Assembly (NCBI GenBank): GCA_051047955.1
Contig: JBPGPT010000048.1
Span: 1 to 64,000, forward strand
DNA length: 64,000 bases
From: Cystobasidiomycetes sp. EMM_F5
Lineage: Eukaryota
Reading direction: 5' to 3'
Shown in pieces: positions 12,787 through 25,131 of this stretch. Position 1 is the first letter of the stretch. Each line of letters starts with the position of its first letter. Position numbers and translations under genes: made by a program. Below the pieces are notes generated by a model. The model had not been told where the DNA came from and made no database searches. It worked only from the letters and a program-made list of their open reading frames with translations.

Positions 12787-15700
12787 ATGCCGCCAAAAAA
12801 GAGTGGTGCCCGCGCTGGACCTGGACCTGTTGCCCTAGCTCTCGAGGCAGCAAACGTCAAACAAAGCCAGGACATCCCAGACGAGCTGCTCTTACAGATA
12901 TACAGGCTGAAGGACGTGCGGGAAACGTCTCCGCAAATCATTGACGACGACGATATCCAAAACAGCAATGACGAGCGCCTTCAAGGCACGAGCAGACCAA
13001 AACATATACCCTTCAAGCCGATACACCACTTCAAGGCCTGCCCAAACGTGTGGGACAGCGACCAGCACATCCAGGAAGCACTTGCACGCAGTGCCGGAAA
13101 GAAGACAGCCAGCGTTGACTCTAGAAAGAGAAAGGGTACAGCCGACAGCGGATTCGATAAAGGAAAGTCGCCGCAGCCAAGTATCAACGCAAAGTGCAAT
13201 CCAAAGGACTGCCAGGACAATCCACGCTGTTTGAATTGGCTCGGTCAGGCCAGATGGGAAGATACCAGTACGTCTGGGTGGAGGCCAGAGCGCCAACTGA
13301 ATGCTAGGATAGCTAAATTGCAGACATCGTCCTAGACAAAGCGTTCAAGACGTTTGCAAAGCAATGGGGCCTTGGCGATGACCCCTCCGAAGAGGAACGA
13401 GAACCCGAATTGCCTGTGGGGCTGAAAGTAGGGTTAGCTGTACATGCGTCCTTTGCGAAAAGCTGACTTTCGGGCCATAGAATCTAGGCGCAACATGCTA
13501 CATCAACTCCTTCCTACAAGTATGGTATCGGGACCAAGTGTTCCGACGCGGCGTGTACGCTTGTCAGCCATCTCCTCGCAAACCCCCCATACAGCAGCCT
13601 TTGTACCAGCTACAGGTCCTCTTCGCGGCTCTGCAGGATGGACCTCTGCGGGCATACAACCCCACACAGCTTGTAAAGGCACTCAAACTCGATGACCAAG
13701 AACAGCAAGATGCGCAAGAGTTTGTTGAACCCATTGTCGCCAAGATTCCATACTGAAGCGGCCAATATTTTCAGATTTGCCAAACTGTTTCTGGAGCTTT
13801 TGGATCGGGAATTCAAGCAGCAATCAGATGCAGCCGTCCGCGAGCTGGTCACCTCGCAATTCGAAGGTCAAATGGCGTACGGCACCAAATGCAAGGGCTG
13901 TCGGTCCACTAGCGAGCAGATCACCTCGTATCGCGAGCTCGAGGTAACCATCAGACGCCCTGGCTTATTGGAAGATTTACTGCACACCATGCTACAAACA
14001 GAGACACTACAAGGACAGAATAAATACCTTTGCGCTCGCTGCAATAGCTTGCAGAACGCTGAGCGATACACAAAGATTGTCTCTCTACCTCCAACCCTTC
14101 ATTTCTCTCTGATGCGATTCTACTATGATCGTGACAAAGAGGAGCGGAGAAAGTCATCGGCCCCGGTGACTTTTCCGCGGAGTATCGACATGAGCGAATT
14201 TATCGAAGATCAACTCGAAGTTGAAGAAGAACCGATTGTATATGACCTCAAGGCGATCCTCTCGCACGAAGGTACTTCTGCCTATCACGGACATTACACT
14301 GCGCAAATCTACGACGCACAGTCAGTATCTACTACGGACATGCCTCACTGCCACATACTGATGATCCTTGCGCAGCAATAAGTCGTGGTACAAATTCGAT
14401 GACGAGTCAGTGTATCAGGAAGATTTGTCAGAAGTACAGAGCAAGACTTCCAACACAGACAAAGCTCGAATCAGAGAAAAGACGCCTACGCAATCCGAAA
14501 GGATGCGGGCGACATTTAGTAGCGACGAAGACGAGCCTGTCATAGTCAGATCAAGACCATCCGAACCCAATGGACGCGATCGCAAAAGCAAAGGGAATGA
14601 CATTGGAAGCAAGGACAATGCGCGAAACAATCGAAACGGTCATGTGCAGAATGATCCGATTGTAGTGGTTGATTCGGAGGAAGAGCCGGAGCATAAACGC
14701 CCACGCCGCGACGTATCATCAAGACAGGACAAGGCTGGCGAGGATAACTACAGCGATACCGCCAAATACTCAACTTCCCAAGATGCCGCTTCCAGTTCGA
14801 GAATTAAGTCGAAGGATGCTTACATGCTGGTCTACGTGCGACGTGATCCGGCTGAAAGCCATTCAGCGATGGAAGAGTCTAACGGCGGCGCTGTCATTAA
14901 CATCCCAGATGCTGCGAAGCAAGAGCTGTTGAGGTTACAAGACACTCAATTGACTGATATGCAGCGCTACAGCAAGGACGAGAAGCGATGTCGCGCAGAC
15001 TTTGATCGGATTTTGGCTGGAAAACGCTCAGTATACGGCAGCTGGCAAGAAGACGGCGAAGATGAACAGAGCTTGATCGTTGATGCCGAAAAGTTGGCTG
15101 CCTGGCTGACTGCAGAACTTGACGGTAGGCCGAAACCCAAGAAAACTAAAATCAAGGTCAATAATCATGCGGATGAAACTGACACGCCACGTGAATCAAA
15201 AGTATTCGCTGGGGAAGGCGCAGCAACGCAACATCATCAAGATGACATCGGATGTGATCGTCCCGCCCAGTCTGACATAGACGTAGTACATGACCCGCTG
15301 CCAGACGGATTCCCGATAGACGAAAATCCAGATTTTGGTGGGCAAAGTAATGCCGAAGTGGCTAGAGCACAAGGCCGTGGCCTCTTTCCAGAGAAGCTTA
15401 GAGCGGCTGCGACCGACAGAGAGATCTTTTCGTGCAAACAGATCGACAACCAACGTTTGCTTTGTGTACATGCCAAAGTCGATCCGAAATGTGCAGCTAC
15501 GATGAAGCGCATTAGCGAAGTAAGTACTCGCTGTCCGGCCAGACCGATACTGACGTTGCTGCATAGAGTGCCATGTATTCTCTGCAGGAGCTCGGTGTGG
15601 TCATTGAACCCCATCTGAAGACACATAATGCGCTTTGTCGTCAATGTGTATGGCGGCCACACGCCGGTAAGAGGTTGTCCATCCGCTCCAAAGCACACGC

Positions 15701-17472
15701 TAAGGGTGGACCGCAGTCGAATATGATTACAAGACGCACGCGGATCATCTTCGACAATGGAACAATCTAGGTAAAGGACACGATTCACCGGTCTGGGTCT
15801 CGAAGCGATGGCTGGAGGACTGGAGGAGCGACAAGCCAAAATCAATCTCCAGAAATGGAGAAGCAGCTGGTCCTGACGCTGACGAATATGAGTCGGACAT
15901 TCTGTGCGCACATGGCTCGCTTGGCCCTACTGTAGGCAAGACAGGCTGTCTTATTACCGGTAGAGTGAGTCTCCTGTTCAGACAATTGCGTCTTGCTCTC
16001 ACTGCTTATTCAGCAAGCGGGCTTTCTATCCAAGTTATTCAAGTCTTGGGCACCTGTTCCACAAGACGAGACCACCTGTGAAGAGTGTGCGGCAGACCAG
16101 CATATTCTGAACGAGCAGCGCCGTGAAGACATGCATGTAGCCAGGAACGAAAAGGTGTGCTGTTACACACAGCACTACGTGCGTGTCTGACATGACTTCG
16201 CACTAGACTGACTTTCAAAGATTGGCACAAATCGGATTGCACGCTATCGCCCACAACTCGGACTACGCACCAAGAAACTCGGCAGAGGTCTGCTATGCAA
16301 TGCCCTCAGGTGAGAGCGCATTCAATTCAGCCGAGACATACTCTGATGCTCGTTATACCATCAGTATGGCTGGAAGCATGGCGGGAATGGGTCAAAAAGC
16401 CATCGTCGACGTGCAGGCCAGGACGTATCGATCTGTCTCCGTATTTCTGCGAACACGGGCACCTCTTGGCAGACCTCGCATTTCCGCCTGATCGCAGACT
16501 TTTTGAGATGATCCCGCTCCATGAATGGGAGAAGCTTGTGCATTCGTAAGCAGCATTTTCGAATAGCGGCGTACAAGTACAGTACCACTAAGCATGGTCC
16601 ACCAGTCACCAGCGCACAGGCCCACACCAGATTCAAGTTAAGTATCGACAGCTAGCAGGTTGGAACAGTTTGTTGCCCGTGTGTGCAAATTGTCGCGATG
16701 CAAGGTAGAGCAGGACGTCCTCACTTCATGTTGGTAGGACGCTGAGAAAGACCAGCAGTCGCCGCAATTTCAGCCAGATTACTATCTATATCGACTTCCT
16801 GGCTACAGAAGCGTTCGACGTTGACGGACAGCCGCAGAGAGAGAGTAGGTAAATGTAATATTGTAGTTAAAGATGTGCTGATTGCCTCAAGTAGACATGG
16901 CAAAAACCGATGCGAGCACCTGCACATATGAATCATCGCCTCGCGATGCTAAACGCAGGTCGACACGGCTCCGTCAAGGGCCCCTATCGTTTGACAAAAA
17001 GGTGGACAGACCGGACTTACCGAAGGGCTTTAAATTAGAGGTGAAAAAGGATACCACACTCAAAGATATCCGCCTCGAGGTGTGCGAGATAACTCGAATA
17101 CCGGTCATTTATCAGAAGGTCTTCTATCGCGGTCGAGAGATCGAGGATGCAGCGGAAACCGTCGAATCAATTGGTATTACCGAGCATGAGACATTGTATG
17201 TGGTTAAATTCGAGGCGCACGACCAAGATATCGACATCAGTACACTGCGAGACGTGGATCCAGCAAAGTCACGCAAATCAGGAGATAAGTCCAGATCAAG
17301 AAGCAGATCGGAGGGTTTCGGAGGCACGGGACTGCTTGGGGCCGAAAGCAGCCTGGACGAGATAAATCGGCAGATCCAGTTGGCGGAAAGTAGGGAAGTA
17401 TCCTGCCAACATTGTACGCTGCGTAATCCAGCGGGTGCCGTTGTGTGCGATGCTTGTGGAGGAGTTCTGTAA
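12787..17472 (+). CDS. Ubiquitin-specific protease, USP48-like (USP + DUSP-like + Ubl + C-terminal NZF finger)
   Basis: N-terminal CQDNPRCLNWLG, Cys box GLK-NLGATCYINSFLQVW, QQDAQEF, His box HEGTSAYHGHY, WYKFDD, AYMLVY. Terminal CQHCTLRN...CDAC. Many introns. Confidence 0.9.
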
Positions 17473-17555
17473 GTAGTGCTGTTGGTATGCCATCACGAAT
17501 CATGCCGCGAACAGCTACTTGGAGCTCGAAGCTACTGCATCGATCATGGTATTTG

Positions 17556-19128
17556 TTACTTGAGGGTGCGACTTAACAATCGAGAGCTGCTCCTTCGACT
17601 ATTCATTGCTGGAGAGGTGTAGGTGCTTGCACCGCTTTCCGTGGGCGTTGCTGCGTCAAGTTGAATCGAAGAATTACAGCTGGCCGGAGTTTGGGGCGGT
17701 GATGGATACGCAGCTGCTGCTACAGCAAGCGCAGTCGCATTCAACGAGTCTGGCGAGATGTCGCGCTTCTTACGACTACTTGTGCGCGGAAGGCTGGGTC
17801 GTTTCCGCTTGGCGGGTGACGGGGTTTGCAAGTTATCTTGTTCAATCTTGATGTCCATTACCGACAGGCACTGTTCGGGTTTGATGCTAGACTCTTTCTG
17901 GACGACAACAGTACTTGTGACCAGCAGAGGATCATCGTACGTCGCGAACGATGCCAGATCGGCTGTGAATAAAATCTCGACGAGCAATACGCATCAGCCA
18001 AGGATGTCTGCAGATTGTGACATAGTCGGAGAGAGCTGATTGACCTACCTGATGAGCCCAACCAGCCTTTACTGCCCACGCACTTTGCAGTCTCTCTCGA
18101 ATTTTCTGATACATTGCCTTTGAAACGGTAGCGTCCCTGCTACCTTTCAAGCCGTAATCGCGCACCGCAATTTGATACACGTGAGTGTCCACTGGGACGA
18201 CATTTTCGAAACCAAGCCCAAACAAGAGTATGCAGTCGGCGACTTTCGGTCCCACTCCAGCAAATTGGAGCAATCGCGCCCTTGCATCGTCCTCCATCAA
18301 TAGTGAGGTTGTCTCCAGCCATTCCTCTGCATCAGAACGACCGGCTTCCTGAGCCATTGTACAAACCAAAGCAGCAGTCTTGGTAACGTATGCGTCGCGG
18401 TAGCCGAAACCAGCGGCTCTCAGCGCAGCTGTAACGCCATCTCCTAGCAAATCCTGGGGTTTCGGAAATGCGTAGACGTTGTCGTCCTCCTCATTTGGTT
18501 CGCTGAATGGACCCGAAAATGCGGACGATGCAGAAGGAAGCTGCTTGCCGTACAGTTTACAGAGTCGGCGAAGCATACCCTCTATTCGGGAAATGTGGTT
18601 ATTGCTTGAGCATATAAACTCGATGAGACACTCCCACGTTGGTTGGCGCAGTATGCGTATCCCTGCAAATCTTGAGCCATTGCTCGTCTTTTTTGCAAAG
18701 TTGGCATCTCTCGCCGACCAGAATTCGTACAGCGGCGGCAGAGACACGTCCAGTACGAAATATCGACGAAGAAAGCTCAGAGTCGTATCGCTCAGCACAT
18801 CTTCGGCGTGCGCGGAGCTGGCTGTTGGCGGGAACAGCGAACGATAGTGGATCCCATGAGCTAGGCAAATATTTCATTAGGACTGCTATCCAGTAATCAG
18901 CAACTCAGACCCACCGTCCTGCCGCAAGACGATAGTCCTGTCTATGTGTCCATACGACCACTCTTCCTGCAGAGATGAGCCGTTCTTGACGTCCACCGGG
19001 GACGATATCGTAGCCCGGGCTGCAGACTTGCGCCAGAGAAACGTTTGGCCGCAGCGCAATACTGTCGCCAGCGACAGCTGAGCTGGTTCAATGGGCAAGA
19101 ACCGCAACGGGGACAGCAATGCAGACAT
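17556..19128 (-). CDS. OGG1: 8-oxoguanine DNA glycosylase/AP lyase
   Basis: Motifs LSLATVLRCGQTFLW, GIRILRQPTWECLIEFICSSNNHISRI, GFGYR, HhH-GPD GVGPKVADC...VPVDTHV, and GWAHQ|ILFTADL after splicing. Confidence 0.95.
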
Positions 19129-19211
19129 GTTTCTTTGTAATACAGTGGGCGGCAGAGAAACGCGTAAAGCTCGAACACCTGCTCGACCTTGATGACAAGC
19201 TTACACCGCGT

Positions 19212-20806
19212 CTAAGACTTTCCTACAGTGAATATGCGGCTAGTACTGACGTTCATACGACTCCATCCTTTACCTTGCCAGAAAACTAGACGCGTCAATA
19301 GCCACAACCACGTAATGTGCTGTGCAGCGAATGGCATGGGATCCATAACATCCAGCATCGGGTCAATCTCGCTACCATTCCAGTAGCTCGCCAGTACTTC
19401 AGAGAAAGTCGATCCTGCTAACGGCGACGCCGTCACTGGCGGAATTGGGGGCCCGCTTACTCCAGGAGGCGGGGCGAGCAGAGGGTGCAATCTCTGCTGT
19501 ATCGGACGGGCCAGCACGCTCTGTGCGAGACTGAGGGGGATGGAGTGAAACATCCATGAGTAGGCCTGCTTGGCTTCTCCAGGCGGCATCAGCAGACCCT
19601 TCTTTTTCCGACCGAAATACGATTCCGCAAGGTCTTTGGAGGACACGCTGTTAAGCAAGACAGCGGCCGTATGGATACGTGGATTGCATTCGATAGGGTA
19701 CATCGTCCCGTCTTTGTCAATAATGAAATCAAAGCTGAAGTGCCCAGTCAGCCAAAAGTCGGCCCCTTCTGCTTGCAGGCGCTCTTTCCACTTGGCGAGA
19801 AAATCGCGTGTCCACTTTTCTGCTGCGTCCGCGATACGTGCAGAGTACTGGCTCTTGCAATCAACGTATCGCATCAGCATGTCCGAGCTTGGCGAGGCGA
19901 GGAACGACTGCATGACGCCGTCAACGGCGTGGCAGTGAGTACAATACTCGTAGCCATCAATGAATTGCTGCAGAACGTAAGGAGTCTTAGAAGTTATCTG
20001 CTGGGGCATTTTCTTGAGGTGAGCTACGGTAGCTTCGCGTGAGGCAAAAGGCAGTCTAGTAAGGTCGGAACGGCCTGAGGAATCGTATTAGACTGAATCA
20101 CGACGGCTATGGATTTTCAGCTTCACAAACCTTGATCATCCAGGGAGGTAGTCTTGATGATGAAATGTCGGCCTTTACGGTCATCGGAGTGAAGGAAGTC
20201 CACAGTCTCCTCAATGCTCTTGACGAGGACGCCTTCGGGTATCTGGAAACCCAGCTGTTGGCACAAATCCATAAAGAGATCCTTATTATGTAGCTGTTCC
20301 GCCTCTCGAGGGCTTTGAATGAATGCTTTAACCCCATCTTGCGTTCTCACGACCTGTGCGACCTGTGCATCATTCACTGTCGCTCCAGCTGACGATCCGC
20401 ACACCCAGAGTGCAACCTTTTCTTTCCGGATGATTGACCGTATGTCGCGCTCGTACGCGGCATGATCTTCTAACGGGTCCGCAAGATTGTAGTATCTCGA
20501 GACGCATCGCGAGAACCTGGCAGCAGCAAGCCAGCCCCAAGTCGCTTCATCGGCCATGACGACACGGTAGCCAGCTTTCCAAAACGTCCGGGCGAGAAAC
20601 AGGGATTTGGTGGTTCTAGCGCCAGTAACGAGGACTGTGACGCGGGTCGCATGCTTGTCGTGCAGAGCCTGCGCTTTTGGACCGCCCAGAAGACGAATGA
20701 GCAGGGCGACAGCAAAGGACACCGGAGCAGTCACAATCAGGACGCAGAGTAGGAGGATGGTGGACAGCAAGGATTGCAAATACGTGGGCTTGGCTGGCGC
20801 CGACAT
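19212..20806 (-). CDS. MysC-type ATP-grasp ligase (mycosporine synthase)
   Basis: Hydrophobic N-terminus, VLVTGARTTKSLFLARTFWKAGYRVV, ARFSRCVSRYY, LHNKDLF, YVLQQFIDGYEYCTH, TGHFSFDFI, PIECNPRIHTA. One intron near 20076-20131. Adjacent to DDGS. Confidence 0.88.
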
Positions 20807-21084
20807 GGTCTTGAGGGGCGTTGATGCAGACTTCTGATTAGGTGGGTACCGTTCTGGCGATGTAAAGAATCTGCGCAGAGAAACGAAACGCTCAGCACGT
20901 TCATTGTGGTAACGTAAATCGTGCTCTGATGCAATGTAGGACTGGCTAAACGGAACTCCGGAAACGCTTGCGATGACTCTGATGATTCTAATATACATGC
21001 TAACACAGCGGCGCTCTTGTGTGGCCGGTTTTTAAGTTCACTGCTGACCTATCGCTACAAGCTCGTGTTATGGAGGCGATCAAG

Positions 21085-22864
21085 CTAGCACCCGCAATCT
21101 CCAGTCAAATGTCCGTTGGACTTGACGGGGTTTCCGGTGCCATTCGTGGCGGCTTGCTTTGTGCTCTCCTTGCCAATGTGAGTGGCTTCTTTGGCCGATC
21201 GCTTCTCCTTCAGAAGCTGCTCTGGGTCTTGGCCCAAGTCACCAGCATCGACGTATGCCTCCAAACCGGCACCCTGTCGCGGGAACTTCTTCACAATCTC
21301 CTTGTGTGTTCTAAGAACCTTGTTCAACTCTTCATATGACGCATCATTGATGAAGTAGGGCGTTCCGATGGGCTTTGGTACGACGAATCTTTGCTGTCCG
21401 TCGCGAGTTTGGAGGATAGCCTCGGTACCTTCCTTCAGTAATTCCTCGTCGAAGAGTTCGTGATCGAGCGAGAGTCCAACGCGGCTCATTAAACCAAGTA
21501 GTTCATCTACAGAAGAAGACTGAGTAAGCCGATAATTGAAATGAAAACGGGAGGACAACTAACCTCGTTCTGCCTCATTGATGTATCCTCGTGTCCAAGC
21601 TAAGGTGCATGAGTATGCCATGTCGATGTTGATGGCGTGTCCGTGTCGTAGCGGAATCTCCGGCTTAAGCTCAAGCGTCGGTGACCAGGTGTGGCCGCTA
21701 AGAGGTACCAGAATCAACTAGGCACAATGCAGGAACACGTCGGGAGCGGCTCACAAGGCAATAACTCTGTCGAGACCGATCTCGTGCAAGTTTGGTGTTT
21801 CGAGCTGCAGATGAAGCGAGTTAGAAGCAAGTTTCAACCCACATCGTAAGAAAACATACATCCAACATAACCTTGATGCCGCGCTTGCAGATCTCATCAG
21901 CAATTCCGATGATTTCGCCCTTCGCTCCATCAGCTCGGCCGAAGCGGGTCTCGATCAGAGCCTCGCCGTTGGCCTCCAGCAACTGCCATGTTCGGAGGTC
22001 GGAGACTGACGAAATCTTGACAAGCTCTGCAAATCCATTACGGACTTGACCCTCTGGCAGACTTCGCAGGAACGTGAAATCTAAAAAGGTCATTGCGGGA
22101 GCGTGATATGCGCCTAGGCGATTCTTGAGTTTGCCATGGTTAACGGCGACCTTGATGCTGACGGCAGCTGATGGGATGAACACGAGTAAGTTGGTTGCGC
22201 ATGCCATGGCACTCAAATGGATATTGACGAACCGTCAATCAGTCCGATTACAGTTGTGGGGATTCTGATGAAGTTGCTGTTTCGGCGATAAGAGGCGCAC
22301 GCGAACTATTGGCACCCGTAAGCATGCTTCACGGATTGAAAGAGTATATGCCCGAAACTCACACCACAGACGTCTGTGACTAGACCACCACCAACAGTAA
22401 GGACGGGCTCCTTGCGAATCAAGCCGAACTTGGCAAAGGCATCGACAAGCGAAAGCATGGTATCCATTGTCTGCGAATTGCATCGACTCGTGTCAGAAAT
22501 CGATTGTAAGGCCTCATTGAGCAGAACGAACCTTGTGCAATTCTCCACCAGGCATGACGTGGATTGTAAGAGGAATCTGGTGATGGGAGAAGTAGGCTTC
22601 CATTTGCGTTCGGTAGAGATCGCTGATAATCTGGTCGGTAACTAGAAGGCATCGTCCCCACTTCTTGTAAATATCGGCAAGATGTGCGTGGTTCGGATCG
22701 AAGATGTTGTCGACGAACTTGAAGCCTACCAAGCGTGGCATTAGCATCAAGTGGATGCGATCTCGCATTGAAAGATTGTGCTAACCATATTTCAACTCCT
22801 CAAATCCATTGACGTTGAATCCATCTGGCTGAATGCCAACGGAGGCTTTCATATCAGAAGACAT
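21085..22864 (-). CDS. Demethyl-4-deoxygadusol synthase (sedoheptulose 7-phosphate cyclase, MysA homolog)
   Basis: Motifs [101 protein letters not shown]. These match the DDGS subfamily rather than DHQS. Confidence 0.93.
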
Positions 22865-23883
22865 ATTTGAGCTTTAGTACTTGGAGAAGGGAATGGCTTG
22901 AGTGGAAATGCAAACGGTTGAAGTTTGCAGAACGATGTATGTAGGTTGAAGCTCGGAGGTAGCGGATGTCAAGAGGTAGAAGAGGAAGGCGCTCGAAACA
23001 CGTTCTCCTTGCAGTCGGAAATGCGCCGTTAACGATCAAGCTGGATCGAAGCCACCTATGCTTCCTGGTCACCATTGCATCACAGAGCAGCCAGTCTTTC
23101 ACATCGTCAGCCACTTGGTGCTGTATATTTATGCATCAGAAATGCGGGCGCGGGTGCGGGCGCGTTTACTTTTCGAGCATCAAGCAGGCTGTCACCTACG
23201 GGGTTTCGGGCACATCGAGCGAGTCGTCTATACGAACGTGATTTTGCATTTTCAGCCTGCACCTCCAATGATGATATTAAAATCCAGCGCAAACGGCTCG
23301 CTTGCTTTTTGCTAATCCAGCCTATTCAGGAGGTTTTGGGCATACTTTCGCACCGAACTACATGTCTAAATCGCTGCATAGTGCCAGTTTGCGCATTTTT
23401 GACGTCTTCTTGCCACACTGCTAGCGGGGGAAGTCTCGCTGTGGCTGCAGATCAGTCGCAAGCTTCTGGGCATACGAAATGCGAGTATCTGGCAGAGGAA
23501 GCTCGCTGTTTAGGCAGGCGATGCTCAGTGCACCCGCCCAGAACTTCCGATGCCAACGCATCGATGCGCGATCTGGCATCAATCCTGCAGCTGTGCCTGG
23601 AGAGGGAAGGTCGTGACGCAAAAACAATGTTTACGAGCTGGGTCACTTGAAATGCAGAGAATGTATGCGTCCATCAGCCATATACGTAGCCAGACACAGT
23701 GCATCGAGCAGTGTAGAGTAACGCAGCTCGCCCGCTTTGTTCGTGTAGTGTCTGTTGCGGATATCTTGCAAATCAGTTCGCGTCTCTTGCTTTGATCTGA
23801 TAACCCGTCAAATCTGATAAATCATCAGAAGTCTTGAGAAAGACTTGCAGCTGGAAGAGGTCAGTCTGCAACTATACTGCAAC

Positions 23884-24958
23884 ATGGTGATAGTCGGGAC
23901 ATCTTCGCAGTCAGCCCTTGAGGCGCTGTAAGCCGCAGTGCTGCCAATTTACACCAGGATATGTGCTAATCTATCTTACGAAAGAACAGCACGGCGCACA
24001 CAATCATCGAGCGCATACAGGTGCTGCTAGCAAAAGTTCAGAAGGAGCAGACCCTCTCGGACGATGGGCGCTCGGCCCTTGATGAAGCGGAACGCGTCAC
24101 TAATGGTCTCGAAGATTATCTGGAACGCATGTCCACGCCGCAACCAGATATACTGGTGAGTCCTCAGGCGAGCATCAGACACGAAGACGCGCTGAATCAC
24201 TGTCCTGTGCCGGTGACAGACGGAGATGCTGCAAAAAACCAACGAGACCGACTGGAAACAGCTGTACAAGGATGGCACAATCAAAATCCCGCTCATCAAG
24301 GAAATGAGTGCCGGAGGCTATGAGGCTGTATTGCTCAGGGAGTTGGCTGTGATGAAGAAGGTAGGCTGTCATTTTGCGATGTCCACCTCGCGAGGATATA
24401 GTCTAACCGCGTTATCGATAGGCAAAGCGCATACTGGAGATTGGTGTTTTCACTTCCACTACAACGGTCGCTCTGGCGCTCGTACCGACAGTGGACAAGA
24501 TCGTAGCGCTCGAAATCGAGCCATACCTCGAGAAATTTGCAGCACCTTATTATAAGCAGGCTGGTGTGGAGAAGAAGATTGACTTTAGAGTAGGAAGCGC
24601 GTTGAAAACGCTTGATACTCTAGAGAAGGATGGGGAAAGTTTTGACATGGTCTTTATCGATGCCGACAAGGATGCCTACTACAAATACTACGACAAACTC
24701 ATGTCGAGTCCAACACTCTTGGCTGAAGGAGGTGTAATCTTGGCTGTGAGTCTTTCGCAATTGGCTATGTGACAGAAGCTCATTCCGTTTCCCTAGGACA
24801 ACACAATCTACAAGTCTTCGGTGTACGCACCGCATGTAGCATTCAAAGAAGGTGCGGATGCACTGGGTAAATTCAATCAAAAGGTCAGAGATGACCCACG
24901 AAGCGCTGTAGTATTGCTTCCTGTGCGGGATGGCATTAGTCTCATCAGAAAACTGTAG
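23884..24958 (+). CDS. O-methyltransferase (MysB homolog, CCoAOMT/COMT-like)
   Basis: Motifs EMSAGGYEA, LEIGVF, FDMVFIDADKDAY, LAEGGVILA|DN, VVLLPVRDGISLIRK. Divergent from DDGS. Confidence 0.9.
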
Positions 24959-25131
24959 CGTATCTTTCAATTGCTATCGTAGTTTACGGCCAGAACTTGA
25001 GAGTCAAAAAGCATTATTGCGATATTTGCCACCACGACGTCTTGCTTCTGCGGCGGACTGGCTTGCTTTTGCCTTCTACAACACGCTCGTGCGATTCTGA
25101 TATTTTTCCCATATTCTATAGGGCATTCAGC

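Noticed and set aside
21085..22864. 3-dehydroquinate synthase (shikimate pathway)
   Set aside because: Fungal DHQS is part of the pentafunctional AROM protein. The motifs ([21 protein letters not shown]) and the gene neighbours indicate DDGS.
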